Assembly (NCBI GenBank): GCA_946643435.1
Contig: CAMPCD010000003.1
Location: 14,866 to 78,865, forward strand
From: an uncultured bacterium
GTDB lineage: Bacteria; Bacillota_I; Bacilli_A; RF39; UBA660
Reading direction: 5' to 3'
Length of the DNA stretch: 64,000 nt
Numbering within the stretch: the stretch's first letter is position 1; each line of letters begins with the position of its first letter. Of this stretch, positions 28,014 through 37,240 are shown in pieces. The translations under genes and the position numbers were made by a program. The notes beneath the pieces are model-generated. The model was not told the origin of the DNA and ran no database searches. It worked only from the letters and a program-made list of their open reading frames with translations.

Positions 28014-29660
28014 ATGAAGAAAAATAGTTTTATTGAAGGAACTATGATTGCAACTATTTCGATTATATTAGTTAAAATATTAGGTATGTTATATGTTATA
28101 CCATTCTATAAGATTGTTGGATCTCAAGGTGGTGCTTTATATTCATATGCTTATGTTATATATTTATTATTCTTAAATATATCATCAGCAGGATTACCTA
28201 ATGCTATATCTAAAATAATATCTGAATATGATACATTAGGTTATCATAATACTAAGAATAGAGCATTTTATATAGCTAAAAAGATATTAATGTATATATC
28301 TATTATTGCATTCTTAATACTATTTGTGTTTGCTGAAGAAATAGGAATGTTTATAATAGGTGATTTACAAGGCGGTAATACATATCAAGATGTATCATTT
28401 GTTATAAGATGTGTTGCTCCTGCTATCTTAATAGTACCATTCTTATCTATAACTAAAGGTTATTTACAAGGGCATAAAATAGTTGGTCCCTCAAGCATAT
28501 CTCAAATAATAGAACAAGTAGTTAGAATATTTATAATCTTATGTGGATCATACCTAGTTATGAATGTATTCCATGGAACATTAACATTAGCTGTAGGAGT
28601 AGCTACTGCATCAGCTGGTATTTCTGCTTTAATTGCATACTTATATTTAAAGAGTAAATTTACTAAAGAAAACTTGCTTGATCCAAATATTCAAAAGCTT
28701 AAAGAAGAAGAGAAAATAACTAATAAGATGATAGCTAGAAAGATTATTAAATATGCTGTACCTTTTATTATTATTTCAATTGTAACTGATATTTATAATT
28801 TTACTGATCAAATACTTGTATTAAGAACTATATCTAATATGGGTTATTCAACTGAGAATGTAGAATTTATAGCATCTGCTATATCTACATGGTCTCCTAA
28901 AATATGCATGACTATAAATGCTTTAGCTATGGGTATGTCAGTTCCATTAATACCTGCTATAGTATCTGCATATACTAAAAAAGATGAAGAAAAAGTAAAT
29001 GATAATATCAATAAATCAATAGCGTTAGTATTTTTCTTATCATTACCAGTAGCATTTGGTATAGCAACACTTGCTCAACCAGTATGGAGAGTATTCTATA
29101 ATACTAATCCATATGGTGGAATGATTCTTAATTTAGCTGTTATATCTGCATTATGTGCAAACGTTTATATGATTATAAGTATCATATTACAATCATTAGG
29201 TAGATATAAATTAGTTTATATTGTATCTATAACAGGATTCTTACTTAATGCGTTATTTGATATTCCATGGATGTTATTCATGAATAAAATAGGTATTGAA
29301 GGATTCTTAGGATCAATTATTTCATCAATATTTGGTTTCAGTATTTCAGTAATAATAGGCTTATATGGATTAAAGAAAATGGATAAGAGTATCCACTATG
29401 GAAAACTAGTTAACTGGTTTATCAAATCATTAATATGTGGTTTATCTATGCTTATTCCATTATTACTATTAAATACATTAACTATATTTGATGTATCAAC
29501 TGTAGTTGGGTCTTTATTAAAGATAGTTACTTATGCTATAATAGGTGCTCCTATCTATATAATACTATCTTATAAGTTAGGTTTATTAGATGAATTACTA
29601 GGTAGAGATAATGTTAAAAAGATAATAAGAAAATTATCTTTTGGAAAGTTAGGTAACTAA
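28014..29660 (+). CDS. murJ: Lipid II flippase MurJ (MviN/MOP family)
   Basis: ATG at 28014 after AAGAGGG. About 14 TM helices. N-terminal pattern SFIEGTMIATISIILVKILGMLYVIPF..LPNAISKIISE typical of MurJ. Confidence 0.85.
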   Translation: MKKNSFIEGTMIATISIILVKILGMLYVIPFYKIVGSQGGALYSYAYVIYLLFLNISSAGLPNAISKIISEYDTLGYHNTKNRAFYIAKKILMYISIIAFLILFVFAEEIGMFIIGDLQGGNTYQDVSFVIRCVAPAILIVPFLSITKGYLQGHKIVGPSSISQIIEQVVRIFIILCGSYLVMNVFHGTLTLAVGVATASAGISALIAYLYLKSKFTKENLLDPNIQKLKEEEKITNKMIARKIIKYAVPFIIISIVTDIYNFTDQILVLRTISNMGYSTENVEFIASAISTWSPKICMTINALAMGMSVPLIPAIVSAYTKKDEEKVNDNINKSIALVFFLSLPVAFGIATLAQPVWRVFYNTNPYGGMILNLAVISALCANVYMIISIILQSLGRYKLVYIVSITGFLLNALFDIPWMLFMNKIGIEGFLGSIISSIFGFSISVIIGLYGLKKMDKSIHYGKLVNWFIKSLICGLSMLIPLLLLNTLTIFDVSTVVGSLLKIVTYAIIGAPIYIILSYKLGLLDELLGRDNVKKIIRKLSFGKLGN

Positions 29661-29661
29661 A

Positions 29662-30300
29662 ATGAGACCAAGAAGAATGAAAAATCAAAATGAGATTATA
29701 AATAATAGTAAATACTATTTAGCTAATCCAGCTGAATATAAAGGAAAATTCAATGAATTATTTGGTAATAATAATCCTATAAGACTAGAAATAGGTATAG
29801 GTAAAGGTGATTTTATAATTGGTATGGCTGAGAAATATCCTGATATTAATTTCTTAGGAGTAGAAGTACAAGAATCAGTTATAGTAAGAGCTATTAAGAA
29901 ACTAGATAATAAAAAGCTAGATAATGTATATGTAATGATGGTTAATGCGGATAAATTATCTGATATAATTGATCATGAAATAGATACATTACATTTAAAC
30001 TTCTCAGATCCATGGCCTAAAACAAGACATGCAAAGAGAAGATTAACTAGTGAATCATTCTTAAATATATATGATAATTTATTTAAAGGTGATGCTCATA
30101 TTATTCAAAAAACAGATAACATATTATTGTTTGCATATTCAATTGAAGAACTAGTTAAACATGGTTATAAGTTCAATAAAGTATCGTTAGATTTAGCTAA
30201 TGAGGACATTGATAATGTTGAAACTGAATATGAACATAAATTCAAATTAAAAGGTGAAAGAATTAATTATTTGGATGCTGTAAAGTGCATAAGAAAGTAA
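29662..30300 (+). CDS. trmB: tRNA (guanine46-N7)-methyltransferase
   Basis: EIGIGKGDF SAM motif and FSDPWPKTRHAKRRL. Confidence 0.9.
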   Translation: MRPRRMKNQNEIINNSKYYLANPAEYKGKFNELFGNNNPIRLEIGIGKGDFIIGMAEKYPDINFLGVEVQESVIVRAIKKLDNKKLDNVYVMMVNADKLSDIIDHEIDTLHLNFSDPWPKTRHAKRRLTSESFLNIYDNLFKGDAHIIQKTDNILLFAYSIEELVKHGYKFNKVSLDLANEDIDNVETEYEHKFKLKGERINYLDAVKCIRK

Positions 30301-30412
30301 TTAATTCTTTTTTATTTAATGCTATAATGTAAATAATAGGAAGTGTATGAGATTATATTTTAATTGGTTCGTTTTAATGATATAATAATTATGTTATAAA
30401 GGTGGAATACCA

Positions 30413-31054
30413 ATGGATAATAAATACATAAAAATATTTATATTATTTATATCTCTATTTGTATTATCAGGATGTGTTAATGTTAAAAAAGATTCTATAG
30501 AATCAATAACACAATACATAACTGGTAACCAAAGAAAGTTATATAATAATTTTAATAAAGGATATAAATATTATATTCCTAAAGGTTTAAGTGCATCTGA
30601 AATAGATGACTTAAATGTTAAAATTAAATCACAAAGATATAATTATTATTTATATGTAGATTTAGTAAGTTATTATAATAAAGTAAAACTTACATATAAT
30701 ATTGATAAATCATTATATTATTCTAAACATATAGGAGATGGAGAAGGTTTAATAAATATCACTAAATTAGCTGATAATTATTTGATTAATATTCAATATA
30801 ACTATGCAAGAATAGAAGTTAAAGTTAATGAAAGTGATTTAAAAGATGCCTTAAGTAATGCATTAATAATAGTTAATTCAATTAAATATAATGATGAAAC
30901 TATTAGAGCTATGTTAGATGAAGGTTTATTATCTGTAAATGAAAAAGTAGTACAAGTATTTGATGAATCTAAGTCTCAATCAGATTTACTAGAGATTACT
31001 GAAGAAGAATACTATGAAGATGATAATAATTACGATAATGATTATATAAATTAG
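30413..31054 (+). CDS. Lipoprotein, unknown function
   Basis: Lipobox LFVLSGC at the end of the signal peptide. Acidic C-terminus. Confidence 0.6.
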   Translation: MDNKYIKIFILFISLFVLSGCVNVKKDSIESITQYITGNQRKLYNNFNKGYKYYIPKGLSASEIDDLNVKIKSQRYNYYLYVDLVSYYNKVKLTYNIDKSLYYSKHIGDGEGLINITKLADNYLINIQYNYARIEVKVNESDLKDALSNALIIVNSIKYNDETIRAMLDEGLLSVNEKVVQVFDESKSQSDLLEITEEEYYEDDNNYDNDYIN

Positions 31055-31065
31055 GAGGAATTCCA

Positions 31066-32229
31066 ATGGGTTTATTTGATACTGTAAAAAAAATATTATT
31101 TGATGAAGATGAAATTGATGATAGTTTACCAGTAAGAAATGATAAAAAGGAAGACAAAGATAAACATGATGATGGTGGAATAATATTCCATAATAATGAA
31201 GAAGATACTATAACTGAAGTTAAAGTACCTGAAGAAAAACCAACATCATTAGTTTTTCCAGTAAGAGTTGATGATACTGATGAACATGATTTAAGGGCTC
31301 TTCAAGAAAGACTAGAAGAAGATGAAATGAATAGAACTCAAAACATTGAGAAAGTTCAAGAAAACCTTACTAGATCTAAATCTGATCTTGTTAATGAATA
31401 TAATGAAACAAGAAGATTACAAAGAGAAACCGATTCATTTAGAAGAGAAGAACCAGTAAGAAGAGTAGAACCTCAAAGAAGAGTTGAAACTCCAATTAGA
31501 CATGATGAACCAGTAAGAAAAGAAGTAACTTTTGAAGAAAAGAAAGTACCTTATAAAGTACCTCCAGTTATTTCTCCAGTATTTGGTGTATTAGATAAGA
31601 ATTATGATCCTGATAATTATGAAGAAACAAGACATAAGATCACAATGACTAATGCTGGTAATACAAGTGATGCTTCTGAAAGACAATTTGGTCCTGTATC
31701 TTATAATGATCAAGGTATACCATTACCTAAATATCATAAAGAAACAACTATTATAATTACTAATACTAATCCTTCAAAAGAATTACATGAAGAATTAAAA
31801 AGAGAAGCTGAAGCAAAAAAAGAAGCTGAACAAATAGAAGAAAGTATCATTAATAGTATTATTAATGATGAAGTTAAAACAGATAAGATATTAGATGATA
31901 CTAGAGAAAGTTCTCCTGAAGAAACATTAGAAGTTCCTAAAAAAGAAGTTGAACAAGAGATTGAAGAGCCAACAGTTGAATTTGAAGAACCTATAGAAGA
32001 AGACAATGATGCTGTAATTGAAGGTTCACCATATGATGATATGTTAGATGAAGTTGAATCTCCTGAACCATCAGTAGATATTAATGAATTAATAAATAGT
32101 AGTAATGAAGAGGAAGCTAATGTTCCTATAGATGAACCTACTGATACTGATGAAAACGTTAATTTAGATGATACTATTGAAACAGATTTATATAATCTAA
32201 TTGATTCAATGTATAGTGATGAAGATTAA
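31066..32229 (+). CDS. Highly acidic, low-complexity protein with N-terminal amphipathic helix
   Basis: SD AGGAGGAA. MGLFDTVKKILFDEDE N-terminus. Tandem E-P-x-R-R/K units (31447-31525). Asp/Glu-rich tail. Confidence 0.6.
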   Translation: MGLFDTVKKILFDEDEIDDSLPVRNDKKEDKDKHDDGGIIFHNNEEDTITEVKVPEEKPTSLVFPVRVDDTDEHDLRALQERLEEDEMNRTQNIEKVQENLTRSKSDLVNEYNETRRLQRETDSFRREEPVRRVEPQRRVETPIRHDEPVRKEVTFEEKKVPYKVPPVISPVFGVLDKNYDPDNYEETRHKITMTNAGNTSDASERQFGPVSYNDQGIPLPKYHKETTIIITNTNPSKELHEELKREAEAKKEAEQIEESIINSIINDEVKTDKILDDTRESSPEETLEVPKKEVEQEIEEPTVEFEEPIEEDNDAVIEGSPYDDMLDEVESPEPSVDINELINSSNEEEANVPIDEPTDTDENVNLDDTIETDLYNLIDSMYSDED

Positions 32230-32240
32230 TAGGAGGATAT

Positions 32241-32312
32241 ATGGAAGTTAGACCTGTTTTCTCAATTGGAATAAGTATAATATTTATATTATTGCTTTTA
32301 GCCATAATATAA
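32241..32312 (+). CDS. Micro-ORF encoding a 23-aa hydrophobic peptide (not in the ORF track)
   Basis: ATG at 32241, 4 nt after AGGAGGA (32231-32237). MEVRPVFSIGISIIFILLLLAII, stop TAA 32310-32312. Immediately followed by the SD of the next gene. Confidence 0.45.
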   Translation: MEVRPVFSIGISIIFILLLLAII

Positions 32313-32327
32313 TAAGGAGGATTATAT

Positions 32328-32594
32328 ATGACATTTGAACAAAGTTTACCAATTATTATCAATTTATTATTAATCATATTATTAGTTGCATTAATAGTAC
32401 TTGTTATTAAGTTTATTATTGTAGTAGATAAAGCCGATAGAATATGTGATAACGTAGAAAAGAAAGTTAATACATTAAATGGTTTCTTTAATACAATAGG
32501 ATCTATTGATAATAAATTGGCTGGATTAATTTCGATGGTCTTCAGTGGTGCAGAATCACTTTTATCAAAATTATTTAAGAAAGGAGCTAAATAA
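32328..32594 (+). CDS. DUF948-like membrane protein
   Basis: SD AAGGAGGA. N-terminal TM helix, then a helical region. Adjacent to a YtxH-like gene, as is common in Bacilli. Confidence 0.55.
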   Translation: MTFEQSLPIIINLLLIILLVALIVLVIKFIIVVDKADRICDNVEKKVNTLNGFFNTIGSIDNKLAGLISMVFSGAESLLSKLFKKGAK

Positions 32595-32595
32595 T

Positions 32596-32991
32596 ATGAG
32601 AAGACATGGATTATTTGATTTCTTATTTGGCCTAGGAGTAGGTGTAGGAGTTGGTATGTTACTATCTCCTAATACAGGTGAAGAAAATAGAAGAATAGTC
32701 AAAGAAAAAGCTACAGAAGTAGCTGATAAGATTAAAAATATTGATTTAGAAGAAGTTAAAGAAAACTTAGTTAATCAATATGAAAAACTAAAAGATGAAT
32801 TAAAAGATATGGATGCAGAAAAAGCTAAAAGAATAGCTGCAAAGAAAATTGGGGAATTAACAGATAAAGCTAATGAATTATTAGCTGCTGCTAAAGAAAA
32901 AGCTGATCCAGTTATTGAAGCTGAAACTAAAAAACTTAAAAAGAATTTATCAACTTTATTAAATAATTGGGCTGAAAAATTAGAGGATTAA
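32596..32991 (+). CDS. YtxH-like general stress-type protein
   Basis: ATG at 32596, 9 nt after AAGGAG. GLGVGVGVGMLLSPNTGEENR matches the YtxH signature. Lys/Glu-rich helical remainder. Confidence 0.7.
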   Translation: MRRHGLFDFLFGLGVGVGVGMLLSPNTGEENRRIVKEKATEVADKIKNIDLEEVKENLVNQYEKLKDELKDMDAEKAKRIAAKKIGELTDKANELLAAAKEKADPVIEAETKKLKKNLSTLLNNWAEKLED

Positions 32992-33034
32992 TAATCCTCT
33001 TTTTATATGCTATAATTATTTATGAGGTGTAATA

Positions 33035-33871
33035 ATGAAAAGACTTATTCATAGAGTATTAGCTTTTATGCTAGATTTATTTATTATTAATTTATTATTA
33101 TTTGCTATAAGCAATATATCATTTATAAATACTAATAAAAAAGAAATATCATATGTAACAACTACTTTTAGAGAAGCTCAAAAACAATATAATGAGTTAT
33201 CAGGTAAGATAGATAAAATATTAACTGATAAGTATATAGATTTAGGTGAAGGACTTGATCTTAAAACTAATTATTCATATTATTATCAATTCCTATACTA
33301 TATTCCTTTAAATGAAGAGTTAAATGATGAACAAATAGAATCAGTAAGAAATACTATTAATAACTCTTATAAAGAAGCAATATATGAATACAATTATTAT
33401 GTATCTAAATATTCAATAAAAGTTAATATAATAGGTATTGTATTATCTATATTATATTTTGGTGTATTTGAATGGTATAAGAAGGGTAAAACTATAGGTA
33501 AGATGGTTATGCGAGTTAAGACTGTACCAAATAATCCTGATAGTAAAAATATACCTTTATATAAATATCTTATTAAAGCAGTATTAGTAAGTGGTGTACT
33601 ATTTACTACTGCTAATATTATTATTACTTTAATAAGTCATGGAACTAATGAAGGACCTTTTGGTTTAGAATGGTATAATCAAGCTTATGCTCATGTATAT
33701 AATGTTCAATATATTTATAATACATTATTTATGTTATTAATATTTATTAGAAGAGATGAAAGAAGTATACATGATGTATTATTAGGTATTAAAGTAATAT
33801 TACATGATAAAAAAGGTAAAGAAATAGAAAGTAGCATCTTTAATGAAGAAGTTAGTAATAAAACTAATTAA
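33035..33871 (+). CDS. RDD-family membrane protein
   Basis: N-terminal R..A...D pattern ([12 protein letters not shown]) and C-terminal [16 protein letters not shown] typical of RDD domains. Several TM helices. Confidence 0.6.
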   Translation: MKRLIHRVLAFMLDLFIINLLLFAISNISFINTNKKEISYVTTTFREAQKQYNELSGKIDKILTDKYIDLGEGLDLKTNYSYYYQFLYYIPLNEELNDEQIESVRNTINNSYKEAIYEYNYYVSKYSIKVNIIGIVLSILYFGVFEWYKKGKTIGKMVMRVKTVPNNPDSKNIPLYKYLIKAVLVSGVLFTTANIIITLISHGTNEGPFGLEWYNQAYAHVYNVQYIYNTLFMLLIFIRRDERSIHDVLLGIKVILHDKKGKEIESSIFNEEVSNKTN

Positions 33872-34052
33872 GGCATATCAAAGAGCTCCGCTTTCAACAC
33901 ACTCTGCTTGTAAGTATTATCCAACATGCTCTCAATATATGATAGATGCAATAGAATACCATGGATTATTTATTGGTATTCTTAAAGGATTATATAGAAT
34001 ACTTAGGTGTAATCCTTTTTCTAAAGGAGGATATGACCCTGTAAAGAAATAG
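33843..34052 (+). CDS. yidD: Membrane protein insertion efficiency factor YidD
   Basis: [46 protein letters not shown]. Overlaps the RDD gene by 29 nt. Confidence 0.88.
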   Translation: MKKLVIKLIKAYQRAPLSTHSACKYYPTCSQYMIDAIEYHGLFIGILKGLYRILRCNPFSKGGYDPVKK

Positions 34053-34106
34053 TTATACTATTTCTTTTTTTATTAATATTTTATATGATAATAATAGGTG
34101 ATATTC

Positions 34107-34613
34107 ATGAATAAACTAATACTTTTAGTGTTTATAGTTGCATTTATAGATTCAATTATTATCATAGTAGTTAAAACATATAACAATCTAACTAGATTAA
34201 GAAATGTACTTAATTCTAACTATGCAGATATGAGTAAGGAATTAACTTATAGAGCTACTTTATGTAGACAATATATTCCAATTGTTACACCATATGCATC
34301 ACCAAATAATATTAGTACATTAACAACTTTATTAGATGAATTTAATCTTAAAGTATCAATAGTAGATCTAGCTAGTTTATATTATCGTATTAATAATGTA
34401 ATAAATGATATTAATGCTGAAGCAATAATAAAAGGTTTTTCTGCTCCTGAATGGGATAAAGCATTTAAAGATTCAGTAAGTAGAATAGAAGCATTAAGAA
34501 TTATATATGATGATAATGTATTAAAGATGAATAATGTAGTAGATTTACCAGGAACATCTATAGTTGCAAAACTATTTGGATTTGTTAAATGGCCATATTT
34601 TAGAAATGCTTAA
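34107..34613 (+). CDS. LemA-like membrane protein (divergent)
   Basis: ATG at 34107 after AGGTGA. TM anchor, then YNNLTRLRNVLNSNYADMSKEL, resembling the LemA YNxLVxLRN core. Confidence 0.5.
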   Translation: MNKLILLVFIVAFIDSIIIIVVKTYNNLTRLRNVLNSNYADMSKELTYRATLCRQYIPIVTPYASPNNISTLTTLLDEFNLKVSIVDLASLYYRINNVINDINAEAIIKGFSAPEWDKAFKDSVSRIEALRIIYDDNVLKMNNVVDLPGTSIVAKLFGFVKWPYFRNA

Positions 34614-34648
34614 TAAATATGTGTTATAATACTTTGTGAGGGGATTAC

Positions 34649-35314
34649 ATGAAAAGATATAGAAATAAAGTTTTAGTTGGTATTTTATTTTTAGTATTTG
34701 GTATTATGTTTGTAGCATTCTCTGCAGTTGATGCAATAAGAAACTATGAAACATATTTAAATAGAGTAAGAGTAGAAGGTGTTGTAGAAGATGTTAACTA
34801 CAAAACTAAATCTACATTAATTAAATATAATACTGAAGATAACACTACAATTCAAAAAGAGTTTAACTTAATAGATACTTCTATGAATAAGGGAGATACT
34901 ATTATAGTTTATTATCATAAAGATAAAGTAACTCAAGCATTTATAAAAACTCAAATAATATATGTAGCAGCCTTCTTTGGTATAGGTATATTATTCATAT
35001 TAATATTTATAATATTCTTAACTATTGTATTAGTATCAATTAGAGGTGATATTAAATTAGTTAAAACAGGCAAAAGAGTAGAAGCTAAGATTGAATCTAT
35101 TACAATAAATAGAACCATGACTAGATGTCCATACAAGGTTGTATTAAGTTATCAAGATGGTAAGAAGGTATATAAGTTTAAATATAATTCAGTATGGTTT
35201 AATATAAAAGATGTAGTTGATTCTTATAAGATTAAAACTATACCTGTATATGTAACAAAGAATTATAAAAAATACTATATAGATTTTTCTACTTTAGAAA
35301 CATTAAATAACTAG
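34649..35314 (+). CDS. Membrane protein, possibly DUF3592-like
   Basis: TM, beta-rich segment, TM, beta-rich segment layout. Weak family assignment. Confidence 0.4.
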   Translation: MKRYRNKVLVGILFLVFGIMFVAFSAVDAIRNYETYLNRVRVEGVVEDVNYKTKSTLIKYNTEDNTTIQKEFNLIDTSMNKGDTIIVYYHKDKVTQAFIKTQIIYVAAFFGIGILFILIFIIFLTIVLVSIRGDIKLVKTGKRVEAKIESITINRTMTRCPYKVVLSYQDGKKVYKFKYNSVWFNIKDVVDSYKIKTIPVYVTKNYKKYYIDFSTLETLNN

Positions 35315-35443
35315 TAAATACTAGTTATTTTTATTTACAAAAATTATTTGTAAAATATTTGTATATTTTTAGTGTAAATTGTTATTTTATTTACAATAAT
35401 ATAATATACTTAAAATGTAATATAATAAAAGGAGTGTGTTAGT

Positions 35444-35650
35444 ATGATTTATCCATCAATAGATAAAATACTACAAATTGTAGGATCTAAATATATTCTT
35501 ATTCAAGTTGCAGCTGAAAGAAGTAAACAAATGAATGAAACAGGTCATCTTCAAATGAAAGAAAATGAATATGTTTCTAAAAGAGGAATAGGTAGAACTC
35601 TTGAAGAAATTGAAAAAGGTCTTATAAAAATTAATGTAGAAAAAGAATAA
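35444..35650 (+). CDS. rpoZ: RNA polymerase omega subunit
   Basis: SD AAGGAG. MIYPSIDKILQIVGSKYILIQVAAERSKQM matches the RpoZ N-terminal core. Confidence 0.88.
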   Translation: MIYPSIDKILQIVGSKYILIQVAAERSKQMNETGHLQMKENEYVSKRGIGRTLEEIEKGLIKINVEKE

Positions 35651-35653
35651 GTG

Positions 35654-35820
35654 TTGACAATATATTTAAATATGATATAATTTTAATTGTTTTAAAGAGG
35701 AAAGCGATGTATCCACATCCACCTGAGCGTGTATAGTGCTAGGTCAAAAAGCCAAAAGATAATATATATTGTTATATTTATATTAGGTTTTTTAGGTGGA
35801 TACGTATGTATTCACTTTTT
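35654..35820 (+). promoter_or_regulatory. Promoter plus L20-leader-type attenuator of infC-rpmI-rplT
   Basis: TTGACA (35654-35659), 16 nt, TGaTATAAT. ATCCACCT (35717-35724) can pair with AGGTGGAT (35794-35801). This competes with terminator GTGGATA-CGTATG-TATTCAC plus TTTTT (35796-35820). Confidence 0.65.
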
Positions 35821-35837
35821 AATTGAAGAAAGGGTGC

Positions 35838-36395
35838 ATTTATATAGCAAAGTTTAATAATCAACCAAATAAGAAAAATGATGATTTACCAATTAATGAT
35901 AGAATTAAAGTTCCAGAATTAATGGTAATTGGTCCAAATGGAGAACAAATGGGAACAAAGAAAATAGCTGATGCATTGACTATCGCTAATTTCGCTGGTC
36001 TTGATTTAGTATTAATGAATCCAGGAGCAGCAATGCCTGTTGGTAAAATAATGGACTACAATAAGTTTAAGTATGAGAAAAATAAGAAAGCTAAAGATGC
36101 TTTAAAGAAACAAAGAGAGTCTAATAAAGAAACTAAAGAATATCAATTAAGTGCTACAATCGATGTTCATGATTTTGAAACTAGAAGAAAGAATTCTGAA
36201 AAGTATTTAAAAGATGGACATAAGATTAAAGTAACTATTAGATTTAAAGGTAGACAAATGGCTCATACTGAAGTTGGTGAAGAAATCATGTTACGTTTCG
36301 CAGAGGCATTATCTGATGTAGCTGATATGGAATCTAAACCAAGTTTAGAAGGTAGAACTATGATTATGATGTTAGCACCTAAGAAAGAGAAATAG
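35838..36395 (+). CDS. infC: Translation initiation factor IF-3 (non-ATG start, exact start uncertain)
   Basis: INDRIKVPELMVIGPNGEQMG and the C-terminal domain match IF-3. No in-frame ATG before the conserved region. In-frame ATT (35838) and ATA (35844) follow GAAAGGGTG. Confidence 0.85.
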   Translation: MYIAKFNNQPNKKNDDLPINDRIKVPELMVIGPNGEQMGTKKIADALTIANFAGLDLVLMNPGAAMPVGKIMDYNKFKYEKNKKAKDALKKQRESNKETKEYQLSATIDVHDFETRRKNSEKYLKDGHKIKVTIRFKGRQMAHTEVGEEIMLRFAEALSDVADMESKPSLEGRTMIMMLAPKKEK

Positions 36396-36407
36396 GAGGA
36401 AAAGATT

Positions 36408-36596
36408 ATGGGTAAAATGAAAACACATAAAGGAACTAAAAAAGTTGCAAAATTACATAAGAGTGGACTTGTTACATTCAAGGCTTCAGGATCTGCTCAT
36501 TTAACATCTAAAGATTCTGCTAAGTCAGTAAGACAAAGAAGAATCAAAAGAAATTTAGCGAAAGGTATGGCTGCTAAAGTTAAAAAAGCAATCTAA
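36408..36596 (+). CDS. rpmI: Ribosomal protein L35
   Basis: MGKMKTHKGTKKV..; small basic protein between infC and rplT. Confidence 0.93.
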   Translation: MGKMKTHKGTKKVAKLHKSGLVTFKASGSAHLTSKDSAKSVRQRRIKRNLAKGMAAKVKKAI

Positions 36597-36614
36597 TAAG
36601 GAGGTAAATAGAAT

Positions 36615-37154
36615 ATGGCAAGAGTTAAAGGCGGAAATGTCGCAAAAAATAGAAGAAGAAAAGTATTAAAACAAGCCAAAGGTTATTTTGGTTCAAAACA
36701 TAGATTATTCAAGACTGCTCAAGAACAAACTTTCCACTCATTAGCATATGCTTATAGAGATAGAAAGAATAATAAGAGAAACTTCAGAAAATTATGGATT
36801 ACAAGAATCAATGCTGCTTGTAGATTAAATGATATTTCTTATTCAAGATTTATCAATGGTTTAGCTAAAGCTGGTGTTGAAATCAATAGAAAGATGTTAT
36901 CTGAAGTAGCTATTGATAATCCAACATTATTCGCATCTTATGTTAATATTGCTAAGGATGCATTAAATGGTAAAGTTGCTAAGAAAGAAGTAGAAAAAGC
37001 AAATAAGGAAGTAGCTAAGGCTGAACCTGAAACTGCTGCTACTGATATCTCTAAGTTAACTGTAGCTGAATTAAAAGAAATGGCTGAAGCACAAGGTATT
37101 GAAGGTGCTAAGTCTATGAAAAAAGCTGAATTAGTAGAAGCTTTAAGTAAGTAA
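36615..37154 (+). CDS. rplT: Ribosomal protein L20 with ~60-aa C-terminal extension ending in a Rho_N/HeH-like motif
   Basis: [38 protein letters not shown] is the L20 core (about 119 aa). Extension ends in [30 protein letters not shown]. Confidence 0.92.
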   Translation: MARVKGGNVAKNRRRKVLKQAKGYFGSKHRLFKTAQEQTFHSLAYAYRDRKNNKRNFRKLWITRINAACRLNDISYSRFINGLAKAGVEINRKMLSEVAIDNPTLFASYVNIAKDALNGKVAKKEVEKANKEVAKAEPETAATDISKLTVAELKEMAEAQGIEGAKSMKKAELVEALSK

Positions 37155-37160
37155 TAATTA

Positions 37161-37199
37161 ATAAGTCAACTAAAATATGTTGACTTATTTTTCTTTTTA
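37161..37199 (+). terminator. Intrinsic terminator after rplT
   Basis: 10-bp stem ATAAGTCAAC/GTTGACTTAT followed by a T-rich run. Confidence 0.75.
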
Positions 37200-37240
37200 T
37201 ATTATTATATTAATTGTTATGCGAAGGGAAGGTGTCAAAT

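Noticed and set aside
30347-30385. 12-codon ORF (MRLYFNWFVLMI) upstream of the lipoprotein gene as a leader peptide
   Set aside because: It is very short, with only a weak AGGAAG SD and no associated attenuator structure, so there is insufficient evidence.
31066-32229. Annotating the acidic protein as SepF
   Set aside because: Only the N-terminal amphipathic segment resembles SepF. The conserved C-terminal FtsZ-binding SepF domain is absent.
35709-35803. DnaA-box-like words (GTATCCACA, and GTATCCACC on the opposite strand) suggesting an origin
   Set aside because: They are the two arms of the infC leader antiterminator pairing. No dnaA or dnaN genes and no AT-rich unwinding element context are present.
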